From contig JANMQY010000063.1 in assembly GCA_031370785.1 (NCBI GenBank), positions 1 to 64,000 of the forward strand: a DNA stretch of 64,000 nucleotides. The letters are read 5' to 3'. The position numbers and the translations under genes were made by a program. Below the pieces are notes generated by a model. The model did not search any database. It worked only from the letters and a program-made list of their open reading frames with translations, and was not told the origin of the DNA. The DNA comes from Candidatus Eiseniibacteriota bacterium. Lineage in GTDB: Bacteria > Eisenbacteria > RBG-16-71-46. Within the stretch, counting starts at the first letter, position 1. Each line of letters opens with the position of its first letter. Shown one piece after another: positions 32,624 to 42,752 of the stretch.

Positions 32624-35497
32624 ATGCCACGACTGTCACTCAGCTTGCGAAGCGCCCTCACGTATCTCGCGCTCGCCGCGCTGATCGGCTTGACGCCGGC
32701 GGCCGCGAGAAACGCCTCGGCGCAGGAAGATGTCGCCTCGCGCATGCAGATGGTTCGCGACACCAAGCAGCAGATGATTCTCGACGAATTCCGCGGACGC
32801 AAAATGGAAGCTCGCGAGCGCGCCGAGAGGGCGAAGAAGGCGCGCAAGCACGGCAACAAGGTCAAGCGCGACGACGTTTTCGGCGAGCAGGCGGCCGGCT
32901 TCGCGAAGGCCACGTCCTCGACCGCACCCTTCAACGCGCACAGCACGCTGGTCGCGCCGACCAACACCAAGACCAACAACAAGGCCGGTGACGCCGCGAA
33001 CGCCGGCCAGGCCGAGCAGAGCATCGCATTCCTCGGCCAGAAGGGCCTGTGCGCGTGGAACGACGGGCAGGGATTTGTCGTCGGTCCCGACGTTCAGGGC
33101 TACGCCTACACCACCGATGGTGGTGCGACCTGGGTCGATGGCGGCGCTCCGCCGCACACGGCCGCGATCACCGGGTGGAGCAGCGACCCGGTCGTGACCG
33201 TCAACGAGAAGACTGGTGACTTCTACTATTGCGGGCTCTTCAACGGGCCGGCCTCCACGAACGGCGTCGGAATCGTGCGCGGCTACTTCGTCGGGAACGT
33301 GTTCAACTGGGATACCCCGCGCGTCGTCGCGGTCGGCCCGAACGCGTCGGCGGGCTACGACAAGCAGTGGATGGCGGCGGATTCGCTGAACGGCAATCTG
33401 TACGTGTCCTACACCCTGTTCGTCGTGGGCGGCGACAACATTTTCGTGCAGCGCTCGATCAACAATGGTGTGGCGTGGGATCCGGCGATTCAGATGAACG
33501 TAGCGGGCGACTTCGGCTACGTGCAGGGCTCGCGCCCCGCGGTCGGCCCGAACGGAGAGGTGTACGTCATCTACAGCGCTCTCGGTCCGGTCGATGCCGA
33601 CTTCATGAAGATCCGCAAGTCCACGGACGCAGGGCTCACCTACGGCGCCGAGGTGATTGCGGCGAGCGTGATCGCGAACTTCGGCACCGGCGCGCCGGGC
33701 TTCAATCGCAGCCGTGGAATCACGTTTCCGAGCATCGCGGTGGACCGGAGCCTGGGTCCGAATCGCGGCCACGTGTACGTGACCTACAACGAAGCGGTGA
33801 ACTGGTACAACGAGTACTACGCCGGCACGCTGGGCGTAACTGGCGCGCAGAACGAAATCGAAAACAACGCCAGCTTCGGAAACGCGACCGCCTTCACCAT
33901 CGGCCAGACGCTGCGCGGAGTGCAGGGCACCACCACCGACATCGACCACTACAAGTTCAGCGCCGTGCAGGGCACGAACTACATCTTCGTCGCGGACTCG
34001 CTGCGCTCGACTCTGCGCTACACGCTGCGCATCTACTGCCCGAACGACACGACGTTCGTCTCCCGCCTCGCACTGGGTGGCGACTCTCAGACTGCCGGCC
34101 GGTTTGCATACGTCCTGTGGACGGCTCCGTCGACCGCGACGTACTACCTGCGCTGGCAGGGTGCCGCGAGCACGGGCGGCTACCGGATCCAGACCGGTAC
34201 GCACACGCTGACTGCGTTCGACAACGCTCGTGATCAGCGCGACGCGAACGTGGTGCGCTCGTCGAACGGCCTGACGTGGAGTGGCCCGACCCGCATGAAC
34301 GACGATTCGCCGTGGTACGACAACTGGCTGCCGGAAGTGGCGGTCCCGTGCGATGGCAACGTCTACGGCATGTGGTTCGACTTCCGTGACGCTGCGCCGA
34401 GCTGCGGCGGCGGCTCGCACATCTACCTCACGCGCTCGACCAACGACGGCGTGTCGTGGGCGGCGAACCAGGTGGCCACCACCGCGCAGACTCCGAACTG
34501 GACGCAGGTCGCGACCAACATCGCGCCCAACCAGGGCGACTACAACGGCATGTACGGCGGGGATGCGGTCGGGCTCGCGTGGGCCGACGGTCGCCTTGGC
34601 GACGTCGACGTGTTCGCTGCCCGCCTCGACATCCATCCGGTGATCACCTGCCCGAACGACACCACCGTGCTCGCGGCGACCACCTACAACACGACCCTCT
34701 ACATCACCAACCCGAACCAGATGTTCTCCAACGAGGAGTTCGTCAATGTGACGCTCGACCGCAACTGGCCGGGCGTTCCCTCGTCGGGCTCGGCGGGCGT
34801 TCTTGGTCCGCTCGGTTCGACCGGCTACGGGTTCTCGCTGGCGATTCCGGACTCGGCAGCCAACGGTGACGTGCACCTGTGCTTCACGGTCACATGCGCC
34901 GGCGGAACCTGTGTGCAGACCTGCTGCGTGACCCTGCACGTGGTCAACCTCGCCACCGCGACGCTCGCTTCGCTCATCGACGCCTCCGCCGACAACGGGA
35001 CGGTGCGGGTGAGCTGGCAGCTCGCGAGCAACGCGAACGCCCACCTGTACCGGTCGGTCGACGGAACGGGCTGGAGCTACCTGACGACGCTGACGCCGGA
35101 CGGCAGCCAGCGCGTCACCTACGAGGACGGCGCGGTGGTGCGCGGTCAGCGCTACTGGTACCGTCTGGGCATCGTGCAGCCGACCGGTGAAGTGCCGGCG
35201 GGCGAAGTCGCGGTGGACGTGCCGCTCAACGTCGCGTTCGCTCTGAACGGCGCGCGTCCCAACCCGTCGTCGGGTCGCGTGACGCTGTCGTTCTCGCTGA
35301 TCGACAACTCGCCGGCCAGGATCGAGCTGGTGGACCTCGGCGGACGCCGCGTGTTCGAGCGTGAAGTGGGCTCGATGGGCGCTGGCTTCCACGTACTGCC
35401 CATCGGTCAGGATCGCATGCTGCCGATTGGTATCTACGCCGTGCGTCTCACGCAGCATGGTCGTGTGCTGAGCAGCAAGGTGACGATCATCCGCTAG
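32624..35497 (+). CDS. Large secreted Asp-box (BNR) beta-propeller protein with PPC-like insert and C-terminal sorting-type domain
   Basis: Signal peptide. Asp-boxes YTTDGGATW, RSINNGVAW, KSTDAGLTY, RSTNDGVSW. Ends with ARPNPSSG...GIYAVRL...KVTIIR. Confidence 0.75.
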   Translation: MPRLSLSLRSALTYLALAALIGLTPAAARNASAQEDVASRMQMVRDTKQQMILDEFRGRKMEARERAERAKKARKHGNKVKRDDVFGEQAAGFAKATSSTAPFNAHSTLVAPTNTKTNNKAGDAANAGQAEQSIAFLGQKGLCAWNDGQGFVVGPDVQGYAYTTDGGATWVDGGAPPHTAAITGWSSDPVVTVNEKTGDFYYCGLFNGPASTNGVGIVRGYFVGNVFNWDTPRVVAVGPNASAGYDKQWMAADSLNGNLYVSYTLFVVGGDNIFVQRSINNGVAWDPAIQMNVAGDFGYVQGSRPAVGPNGEVYVIYSALGPVDADFMKIRKSTDAGLTYGAEVIAASVIANFGTGAPGFNRSRGITFPSIAVDRSLGPNRGHVYVTYNEAVNWYNEYYAGTLGVTGAQNEIENNASFGNATAFTIGQTLRGVQGTTTDIDHYKFSAVQGTNYIFVADSLRSTLRYTLRIYCPNDTTFVSRLALGGDSQTAGRFAYVLWTAPSTATYYLRWQGAASTGGYRIQTGTHTLTAFDNARDQRDANVVRSSNGLTWSGPTRMNDDSPWYDNWLPEVAVPCDGNVYGMWFDFRDAAPSCGGGSHIYLTRSTNDGVSWAANQVATTAQTPNWTQVATNIAPNQGDYNGMYGGDAVGLAWADGRLGDVDVFAARLDIHPVITCPNDTTVLAATTYNTTLYITNPNQMFSNEEFVNVTLDRNWPGVPSSGSAGVLGPLGSTGYGFSLAIPDSAANGDVHLCFTVTCAGGTCVQTCCVTLHVVNLATATLASLIDASADNGTVRVSWQLASNANAHLYRSVDGTGWSYLTTLTPDGSQRVTYEDGAVVRGQRYWYRLGIVQPTGEVPAGEVAVDVPLNVAFALNGARPNPSSGRVTLSFSLIDNSPARIELVDLGGRRVFEREVGSMGAGFHVLPIGQDRMLPIGIYAVRLTQHGRVLSSKVTIIR

Positions 35498-35510
35498 GAT
35501 CAGCTCACGC

Positions 35511-35555
35511 AAAAGACGGACGGCCGGCGCTTCACGCGTCGGCCGTCCGTCTTTT
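35511..35555 (+). terminator. Intrinsic terminator (probably bidirectional)
   Basis: AAAAGACGGACGGCCGGCGC-TTCAC-GCGTCGGCCGTCCGTCTTTT directly after the stop codon. Confidence 0.85.
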
Positions 35556-35577
35556 CAGGCGTTCGGGGGCCCTTCGC

Positions 35578-35606
35578 TTGACCCTGCGCGGGGCATTCGA
35601 TAGCTT
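35578..35606 (+). promoter_or_regulatory. Putative sigma70 promoter of the gcv operon
   Basis: TTGACC-17 bp-TAGCTT, 30 bp upstream of gcvT. Confidence 0.55.
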
Positions 35607-35635
35607 CGATCCGTTTTGCCACCCAGGAGCCGACT

Positions 35636-36742
35636 GTGCAGCGCACCAGCGCCCCGATTCGAACTCCGTTCTACGACTTCCACGTCGCCGCCGGCGGCCG
35701 GCTGATCGACTTTGCCGGCTTCGAGATGCCCGTGCGCTATACTGGCGACGTGCGCGAGCACCTGTGCGTGCGCAAGGCCGCCGGGCTGTTCGACATCTCG
35801 CACATGGGGGAGTTCCGGGTCAGCGGGCAGGGCGCGGCTGAGTTCCTGCACCGGATGGTGACCAACGACGTGCTGGGCCTCGAGGTCGCTCAGGCGGTCT
35901 ATTCGCCGTTGTGCCGCCCGGACGGCGGCATCGTCGACGACCTGCTGGTCTATCGCGCGGCGGATCACCACATGGTGGTGGTCAACGCCTCGAACATCGC
36001 CAAGGATTTCGCGTGGTTGAAGGAGCACTGCCCGGCGGGGGTCACGCTCGCGGATCGTTCCGAGGAGACCGTGTTGCTGGCGGTGCAGGGACCCAAGGCC
36101 GCCGCGGTGCTGCGCGGACACGTGCCGGAGCCGGCGCTCGATCTCGGCTACTACCGCTTTCTCGAAGGAAAGCTGTTCGGCGTCCCGGCGCTGATCTCGC
36201 GCACCGGCTACACCGGGGAAGACGGCTTCGAGCTGTACTTCCATCCGCGGGACGCGGCCGCGGTATGGGAGGGACTCATGGTCGCGGGCCGGCCGCACGG
36301 CCTGGAGCCGGTGGGCTTGGGCGCGCGCGACACGCTGCGACTCGAGATGGGTTACATGCTCTACGGGAACGACATCACCGACACGACTTCACCGCTCGAA
36401 GCCGGCCTCGGCTGGACGGTCAAGCTCAAGAAGGACGATTTCGTGGGCAAGCAGGCGCTGGTGCAGCAGAAGACCGATGGGCTGAGCCGCAAGCTCGTCG
36501 GATTCCGGCTCGAAGGGCGACGCGTGCCGCGGCACGACATGCCCATCGAATCGGACGGCCGGATCGTGGGAGTGGTGACCAGCGGCACGTTCAGCCCGAG
36601 TCTCGAGGTACCGATCGGGATGGGCTACGTGGAATCCCGGTTTTCCGCGCTGGAAACGCCGCTCGCGATCCGGGCCGGCGAAACACTTCTTCCGGCGCGC
36701 GTCGTGGCGCGCCCGTTCTACACCCAGGGCTCACGCCTCTGA
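35636..36742 (+). CDS. gcvT: Glycine cleavage aminomethyltransferase (T protein)
   Basis: GLFDISHMG, SRTGYTGEDGFE and GLGARDTLRLE. Confidence 0.96.
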   Translation: MQRTSAPIRTPFYDFHVAAGGRLIDFAGFEMPVRYTGDVREHLCVRKAAGLFDISHMGEFRVSGQGAAEFLHRMVTNDVLGLEVAQAVYSPLCRPDGGIVDDLLVYRAADHHMVVVNASNIAKDFAWLKEHCPAGVTLADRSEETVLLAVQGPKAAAVLRGHVPEPALDLGYYRFLEGKLFGVPALISRTGYTGEDGFELYFHPRDAAAVWEGLMVAGRPHGLEPVGLGARDTLRLEMGYMLYGNDITDTTSPLEAGLGWTVKLKKDDFVGKQALVQQKTDGLSRKLVGFRLEGRRVPRHDMPIESDGRIVGVVTSGTFSPSLEVPIGMGYVESRFSALETPLAIRAGETLLPARVVARPFYTQGSRL

Positions 36743-36866
36743 ACACTCGCGGCACTCTGGCGACACGCAACTCGACTTTCGCAGTCCGAGCCGGCGGCCA
36801 GGCGGCCCTCCGGATCGTACGCATCGACCGTTCGCATTTGGCGGCGGTTTTTTTCAGGAGGATCCG

Positions 36867-37256
36867 TTGGCTTACCCCGAAGACGTGCGGTACACCGCCG
36901 AGCACGAGTGGGCGCGCCTCGAGTCGGGGGTGGTCCGGGTGGGAATCACCGGCTACGCCACCGAGCAGCTCGGTGACGTCGTGTTCGTGGAGCTTCCCGA
37001 GGTGGGCAAGAAGCTCGAAGCGAAGAAGCCGTTCGGCGTGGTCGAGGCGGTCAAGACCGTGAGCGACCTGTACGCGCCGGTCTCGGGCGAAGTCATCGAG
37101 GTCAACGGTGCGCTCGCCGACAATCCGGCGCTGGTCAACCAGGAACCGTACGGTGACGGCTGGATGATCCGCATCCGCCCGAACAATCCCGCAGAGATCG
37201 AGAAGCTGCTCAATCACGTCGACTACGAGAAGCTCATCGAGGAGCAGCACGCATGA
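36867..37256 (+). CDS. gcvH: Glycine cleavage H protein
   Basis: YTAEHEW, LGDVVFVELP, VEAVKTVSD (lipoyl Lys) and PYGDGW. AGGAGG RBS with TTG start. Confidence 0.96.
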   Translation: MAYPEDVRYTAEHEWARLESGVVRVGITGYATEQLGDVVFVELPEVGKKLEAKKPFGVVEAVKTVSDLYAPVSGEVIEVNGALADNPALVNQEPYGDGWMIRIRPNNPAEIEKLLNHVDYEKLIEEQHA

Positions 37257-38599
37257 GCTTCGTCGGTCTGACCGCTGAAGAAGAAAAGCGCATGCTCGGC
37301 GACATCGGCGTCGCCGCATTCGACGAGTTGCTCGAGGCGGTCCCGGCCAGGGCGCGGCTCGCGCGCGCGCTGGCGATTCCAGGGCCTCTCTCCGAGATCG
37401 AGCTGCGTCGCAAGCTTGGCGGCTGGGCCGGGCAGAACCTGGCCGCGCACGCGGTCTCCTTCATGGGCGGCGGCGCCTACGATCAGTTCGTGCCGGCCGC
37501 GGTGAATGCGATCGCGATGCGTTCCGAGTTCGCGACCGCCTACACGCCGTATCAGCCCGAGGTCGCGCAGGGCACGCTGACCGTGATCTTCGAATTCCAG
37601 AGCATGATCGCGGAGCTCACGGGCATGGAGGTCGCGAACGCCTCGCTCTATGACGGCGCGACTGCCGTGGTCGAGGGCGTGCTGCTGGCCCGCACCCAGA
37701 CCGGTCGAGCGCGCGTAGTCGTGGCCGGTGCACTTCATCCACACTATCTCGAAGTGCTGCAGACCTATCTCGACGGGCACGACCTGACCGTGATCCCCGA
37801 CCGTTCTGGCGTGTGCGCGCCCGAAGACCTGCGCGCGGCGCTCGGCCCGGACGTGGCCGCGGTGGTGTACCAGCATCCCAACTTCTTCGGGCTGCTCGAG
37901 AGTCCCTCTGCCCTCCATGCGATGGCGCACGAAGCCGGCGCGCTGGCGGTCGCATGCTGCGATCCGATCGCGCTCGCGCTGCTCGAGCCGCCGGGCGCCT
38001 CGGGGGCGGACATCGTGGTCGGAGAGGGCCAGCCGCTCGGAAACTATCCGAGCTTTGGCGGGCCGGCGCTCGGGTTTTTCGCCTGCCGCTCCTCCCTGGT
38101 GCGGCGCATGCCCGGACGCCTCGCGGCCGAGACCGTCGACAGGGATGGAAAGCGCGGCTTCGTGCTCACGCTCCAGACCCGCGAGCAGCACATCCGGCGC
38201 GAACGGGCGACCTCGAACATCTGCACCAACCAGGGCCTGCTCGCGCTGCGCGCCACCGTCTACATGGGACTGATGGGGCGCGAAGGCATGCGCGAGGTCG
38301 CGACGCTGTGTGTGCAGAAGTCGCACTGGGCCGCCGAGCTGGCGGTGGCGGTGCCGGGTTACCGCCTCGCTTGGCCCGGCGCGTTCTTCCGCGAGTTCGT
38401 GCTCGAGTGCCCGGTGCCGGCCACAGACGTGATCCGCGCCGGACGCGACCAGGGCCTCATGGCGGGCGTGGATCTCGGGCGCTTCCGCCCGGAGTGGAAT
38501 CGCCTGCTGCTGGTTGCGGTGACCGAGCAGCGCAGCCGCGAGGAGATCGAGCGCTGGGCCGAAGCCCTGCACGCCGCGGGCGGAGGGAAGAAGCGATGA
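37253..38599 (+). CDS. gcvPA: Glycine dehydrogenase (decarboxylating) subunit 1
   Basis: TAYTPYQPE, NASLYDG and REQHIRRERATSNICTNQ. Confidence 0.95.
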   Translation: MSFVGLTAEEEKRMLGDIGVAAFDELLEAVPARARLARALAIPGPLSEIELRRKLGGWAGQNLAAHAVSFMGGGAYDQFVPAAVNAIAMRSEFATAYTPYQPEVAQGTLTVIFEFQSMIAELTGMEVANASLYDGATAVVEGVLLARTQTGRARVVVAGALHPHYLEVLQTYLDGHDLTVIPDRSGVCAPEDLRAALGPDVAAVVYQHPNFFGLLESPSALHAMAHEAGALAVACCDPIALALLEPPGASGADIVVGEGQPLGNYPSFGGPALGFFACRSSLVRRMPGRLAAETVDRDGKRGFVLTLQTREQHIRRERATSNICTNQGLLALRATVYMGLMGREGMREVATLCVQKSHWAAELAVAVPGYRLAWPGAFFREFVLECPVPATDVIRAGRDQGLMAGVDLGRFRPEWNRLLLVAVTEQRSREEIERWAEALHAAGGGKKR

Positions 38600-40098
38600 A
38601 CCTCGAGCGCCGTCTGCTGATCGAGCAGGGTGGGCCGGGCCATCGCGGTCCCTCGCTTCCCAGGTGCGACGTTCCGGAGCGGCCGCTGGCCGAACTCATG
38701 CCGGGCGTCCGGCTGCGCGCGACGCTCGCGTTCCCGCAGGTCACCGAGCCCGAGGTGGTGCGCCACTTCATCGAGCTGAGCACGCTCAATCATCACATCG
38801 ACCGCGGGTTCTATCCGCTCGGCTCGTGCACCATGAAGCACAATCCGAAGATCAACGACGAGATCGCGCTCCTTGCCGGATTCGCGCTCGACCATCCGCT
38901 GGGGCTAGATGAGGACTGCCAGGGATCGTTGCGGGTGCTGCGCGAGCTGCAGAACGTGCTCGCCGAGATCACCGGCTTCGCCGCGGTCACGACCCAGCCC
39001 GCCGCCGGCGCGCAGGGCGAGATGACTGGCCTGCTCCTGATCCGCGCTTATCACCGCTCGCGCAGCGAAGGCGAGAAGCGCCGGCGCGTGATCGTGCCGG
39101 ACTCGGCGCACGGCACCAATCCCGCGAGCGTGCATCTGGTCGGCTACGAGATCGTGACCATCCCCTCCGAGGAGCACGCCACCGTCAACCTCGACGCGCT
39201 GCGGGCCGCTCTCGACGACCGGACCGCTGCGGTGATGCTGACCGTGCCGAACACGCTCGGCCTGTTCGAGCCGCACATCCTCGAGGTGACCCGCATGGCG
39301 CACGAGGCCGGAGCGCAGGTCTACCTGGACGGCGCCAATCTCAACGCGCTGATCGGGTTGGTGCGACCGGGAGATCTCGGGTTCGACGTGATGCACATCA
39401 ACGTGCACAAGACCTTCTCGACCCCCCACGGCGGTGGCGGTCCCGGCGCCGGCCCGGTCGCGGTCGCAAAGCATCTCGAGCCGTTCCTGCCGCTGCCGGT
39501 GGTGGTGGAAGAGGGCGGTGTGCTCAGGCTGTCGTCCGATCGGCCACAGAGCGTCGGGCGGATCCATTCGTTCCACGGCAACTTCGGGATCCTGGTTCGC
39601 GCGCTGACCTACATCCTCGGGCTTGGGCCCGAGGGACTCCGTCAGGTGAGCCGGACCGCGATCCTCAACGCGAACTGGCTCATGTGCAGACTCGCAAAAG
39701 TGTACGAGCTGCCGCACCCCGAGCACTGCATGCACGAGTTCGTGCTGAGCGGCCGCAACCTGCGCAAGTACGGGGTCAAGACCCTGGATGTGGCGAAGCG
39801 GCTGCTCGATTTCGGCGTGCATGCGCCGACCGTCTACTTCCCGCTGATCGTCGAAGAGGCGATGATGATCGAGCCGACCGAGACCGAGACCCTGGATCGG
39901 CTGTTGCACTTCGCGGAGGCAATGGAGCGCATCGCCGAAGAGGCGCGCACCAATCCCCAGATCCTCCACGATGCGCCGCTGACCACACCGGTGCGGCGGC
40001 TCGACGAAGGCCGCGCCGCGCGGGAGCTCAAGCTGCGCTGGAACGCGGAACCGGCGAGGCGCGAAGCGCGGGCGCAGGAACCCGCGGCCCGCGGATGA
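38596..40098 (+). CDS. gcvPB: Glycine dehydrogenase (decarboxylating) subunit 2
   Basis: YPLGSCTMK, SAHGTNPAS, HKTFSTPHGGGGPG and IEPTETE. Confidence 0.95.
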   Translation: MNLERRLLIEQGGPGHRGPSLPRCDVPERPLAELMPGVRLRATLAFPQVTEPEVVRHFIELSTLNHHIDRGFYPLGSCTMKHNPKINDEIALLAGFALDHPLGLDEDCQGSLRVLRELQNVLAEITGFAAVTTQPAAGAQGEMTGLLLIRAYHRSRSEGEKRRRVIVPDSAHGTNPASVHLVGYEIVTIPSEEHATVNLDALRAALDDRTAAVMLTVPNTLGLFEPHILEVTRMAHEAGAQVYLDGANLNALIGLVRPGDLGFDVMHINVHKTFSTPHGGGGPGAGPVAVAKHLEPFLPLPVVVEEGGVLRLSSDRPQSVGRIHSFHGNFGILVRALTYILGLGPEGLRQVSRTAILNANWLMCRLAKVYELPHPEHCMHEFVLSGRNLRKYGVKTLDVAKRLLDFGVHAPTVYFPLIVEEAMMIEPTETETLDRLLHFAEAMERIAEEARTNPQILHDAPLTTPVRRLDEGRAARELKLRWNAEPARREARAQEPAARG

Positions 40099-40577
40099 GC
40101 GTTGCCATGGAGCAGCAGCCCCGCGCCGAGAACGCGGCGCCAGAACCGGTCGCGAACGAGTCCGCGGCTCCGCTCGAGTGGAGCTACAACCCGTGGCACG
40201 AACGTGGCGGGCGCTCCGCGGTTGCCGCGATCGCACTGCTCGCGATCTGCCTCGCGCTGACCAGCCTCCACGAGAGCGCGGTGCTGACCCTGGGACTGTG
40301 CCTCGCGGCTGCTGGAGCGCTCGCGCCGCTGCTCACTCCGAATCGCTGCCGGATCGATCAGTCCGGCATCGCGTGCCGGGGCGCGCTGGGCTGGGAGCGA
40401 AGGCGCTGGAGTGAGCTGCGCCGCGCATCGGTGACCGCGGGGGGCGTGCTGTGCTCACCCTACGCCGCCGCGCACTGGCTGGATTCGCAGCGCGCCATGT
40501 TCCTGCCACTGCCGCGCACGCTGCGGGCCGCGCTGCTCTCCGAGATCCGCCCGAGGCTGGCCCGGCATGGCCTCTGA
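40095..40577 (+). CDS. Hypothetical membrane protein (2 TM plus small PH-like beta domain)
   Basis: ATGA overlap with gcvPB, two hydrophobic helices and codon usage like the flanking genes. Confidence 0.6.
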   Translation: MSVAMEQQPRAENAAPEPVANESAAPLEWSYNPWHERGGRSAVAAIALLAICLALTSLHESAVLTLGLCLAAAGALAPLLTPNRCRIDQSGIACRGALGWERRRWSELRRASVTAGGVLCSPYAAAHWLDSQRAMFLPLPRTLRAALLSEIRPRLARHGL

Positions 40578-40890
40578 GCCCGCGACCATCCGCGACGAAG
40601 ATCGGGTTCTGATCGAGCGCGTCGCGCGCCGCATCGTCGAGCTCCACATGGAGGTGCCGGCGATCCTCACCCTCGAGAGCGGAAAGCCGCTGTCGCTGCT
40701 CGCGAGCCAGATCCTGGTTTTCCTCGAGCCGATCGTGCTCGCGCTGCTGCCGATCGGAGACTACCGCCGCTTCGCGTTGCTCATCGAGCACCGCGACGTG
40801 GTCGAGGCGCTCATCCTGTCCATTGAAGCCGGAGCCGAGGCGAGGCGCGCCGTGAAGCGCGCCGAGGCCGCGGCGCGGCGCGCACCCTAG
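40567..40890 (+). CDS. Hypothetical protein
   Basis: Overlaps the upstream gene. PAILTLESGKPLS..SQ.L.FLEP segment. Confidence 0.65.
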   Translation: MASEPATIRDEDRVLIERVARRIVELHMEVPAILTLESGKPLSLLASQILVFLEPIVLALLPIGDYRRFALLIEHRDVVEALILSIEAGAEARRAVKRAEAAARRAP

Positions 40891-40915
40891 CAACAGGCCG
40901 AAGCGTTCGAGGAAC

Positions 40916-42751
40916 ATGGAGATCCTGCCCGAAAACATCCAATCCATCCTGGCCACGGACTGTGGGTCCACCACGACCAAGGCCATCCTGATCGAAAAGC
41001 GTGGCGACAGCTATCGGCTGATCGTGCGCGGCGAAGCCCCGACCACCGTCGAAGCTCCGTTCGAGGACGTGACCCGCGGCGTGCTGAACGCGGTGCGTGA
41101 GGTCGAGGAGCTGGCCGGCCGCAAGATCCTCGAAGGCGAGCGCATCATCTCCCCGCAGAAGGGCAGCGAGGGCGTGGATCTGTACGTCAGCACCTCGAGC
41201 GCCGGAGGTGGCCTGCAGATGATGGTCTCCGGGCTGGTCCTCCAGATGACTGGCGAGAGCGCGCAGCGCGCCGCACTCGGGGCCGGCGCGATCGTGATGG
41301 ACGTGATCGCGCTCAATGACGGGCGTCGCGCGCACGAGAAGATCCGCCGCCTGCGCCAGCTGCGCCCCGACATGATCCTGCTCTCGGGCGGCACCGACGG
41401 CGGAGACATCAAGCGCGTCGCCGAGATGGCTGAGATCCTGGTGGCCGCCGATCCCAAGGCGCGGCTCGGGACCGGCTACGAACTGCCGGTGATCTACGCC
41501 GGCAACAAGGATGCGGCCCAGATCGTGCGCGACCTGCTCGAGAAGCGCACCGCCCTGTCGGTCGTTCCGAACCTGCGACCCTCGCTCGAGCGCGAAAACC
41601 TGGGCCCGGCACGGGACGCCATCCACGAGCTGTTCATGGAGCACGTGATGGCCCACGCTCCCGGCTACAAGAAGCTCATGACCTGGTCGCCGGTTCCGAT
41701 CATGCCGACTCCGGGCGCGGTCGGGCTCATCATCGAGAAGATCTCGAAGCGCGACGACATCGCGGTGGTGGGGGTGGATATCGGCGGCGCGACCACCGAC
41801 GTGTTCTCGGTGTTCCGCGAGAGGGTCAAGGACAAGCTCGAGGACAAGTTCAACCGCACCGTGTCCGCCAACCTTGGAATGAGTTACTCGGTCTCGAACG
41901 TCATGGCCGAGGCCGGTATCGAGAACATCCTGCGCTGGGTGCCGTTCGAGGTGGACGAGGTCGAGCTGCGCAATCGGATCAAGAATAAGATGATCCGGCC
42001 TACCACCATCCCGCAGACCCTGGAAGACCTGGTGATCGAGCAGGCCATCGCGCGCGAGGCGCTGCGCCTCGCGTTCGATCAGCACAAGGCGCTCGCGGTC
42101 GGGCTCAAGGGCATCCAGACCGCCCGCGACATCTCCGACATCGTGAGTCAGACGCAGAGCGGCTCGACGCTGGTCAACCTGCTCGATCTGGGGCTGCTGG
42201 TCGGCTCGGGCGGCGTGCTGTCGCACGCGCCGCGCCGGGTGCAGAGCGCGCTCATGATGATCGACGCGTTCCTGCCCGAGGGGTTCACCAATCTCGCGGT
42301 CGACAGCATCTTCATGGCCCCTCAGCTCGGCGTGCTCTCGACCGTGCACGAGAAGGCGGCGACCGAGGTGTTCGAGCGCGATTGCCTGATCCGGCTCGGC
42401 GGGGTGGTGGCGCCGATCGGCTCCGCCCGGTCCGGCCAGCCGTGCCTGAGCGTCGAGCTGAGCATGCCGGGCCAGCCGGATGTGAGCCGGAAGATCCCGT
42501 TCGGCGAGCTGGTGCTGCTGCCGTTGCCGGCCGAGGGTGTTGGAAAGCTCACCGCGGTTCCCGAGCGCGCCTTCGACCTCGGCCCGGGGAAGGGACGAGC
42601 ACTCAGCGTCGAGCTGCACGGCGGCGTGGTGGGCCTGATCGTGGACACGCGCGGGCGGCGGCCGTTCACACTGCCGGCACAGCATGCCGAGCGCATCCAG
42701 CGCCTGCGCGCCTGGAACGCGGCGCTCGGGATGTATCCCAGGGAGGTGTGA
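40916..42751 (+). CDS. GlmL/MutL (glutamate mutase L)-like ASKHA-fold ATPase
   Basis: ATDCGSTTTKA (phosphate 1), TSSAGGGL, LSGGTDGG, GVDIGGATTDVFS (phosphate 2) and GSGGVLSHAP (adenosine). Confidence 0.82.
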   Translation: MEILPENIQSILATDCGSTTTKAILIEKRGDSYRLIVRGEAPTTVEAPFEDVTRGVLNAVREVEELAGRKILEGERIISPQKGSEGVDLYVSTSSAGGGLQMMVSGLVLQMTGESAQRAALGAGAIVMDVIALNDGRRAHEKIRRLRQLRPDMILLSGGTDGGDIKRVAEMAEILVAADPKARLGTGYELPVIYAGNKDAAQIVRDLLEKRTALSVVPNLRPSLERENLGPARDAIHELFMEHVMAHAPGYKKLMTWSPVPIMPTPGAVGLIIEKISKRDDIAVVGVDIGGATTDVFSVFRERVKDKLEDKFNRTVSANLGMSYSVSNVMAEAGIENILRWVPFEVDEVELRNRIKNKMIRPTTIPQTLEDLVIEQAIAREALRLAFDQHKALAVGLKGIQTARDISDIVSQTQSGSTLVNLLDLGLLVGSGGVLSHAPRRVQSALMMIDAFLPEGFTNLAVDSIFMAPQLGVLSTVHEKAATEVFERDCLIRLGGVVAPIGSARSGQPCLSVELSMPGQPDVSRKIPFGELVLLPLPAEGVGKLTAVPERAFDLGPGKGRALSVELHGGVVGLIVDTRGRRPFTLPAQHAERIQRLRAWNAALGMYPREV

Positions 42752-42752
42752 G

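Noticed and set aside
32636..35512. Very long antisense ORFs (958 aa here, and others such as 51083-53467, 47940-50207, 30306-32543)
   Set aside because: Shadow ORFs typical of high-GC codon bias, lying opposite well-supported genes and with no recognisable motifs.
35607..35635. Glycine riboswitch upstream of gcvT
   Set aside because: The predicted leader is only about 25 nt, and I recognised no aptamer here or in the gcvT-gcvH gap.
40916..42751. Reading the 'MutL' label as mismatch-repair MutL, or as proof of a glutamate mutase pathway
   Set aside because: The motifs are ASKHA-type, not GHKL, and no mutase subunits are in the window.
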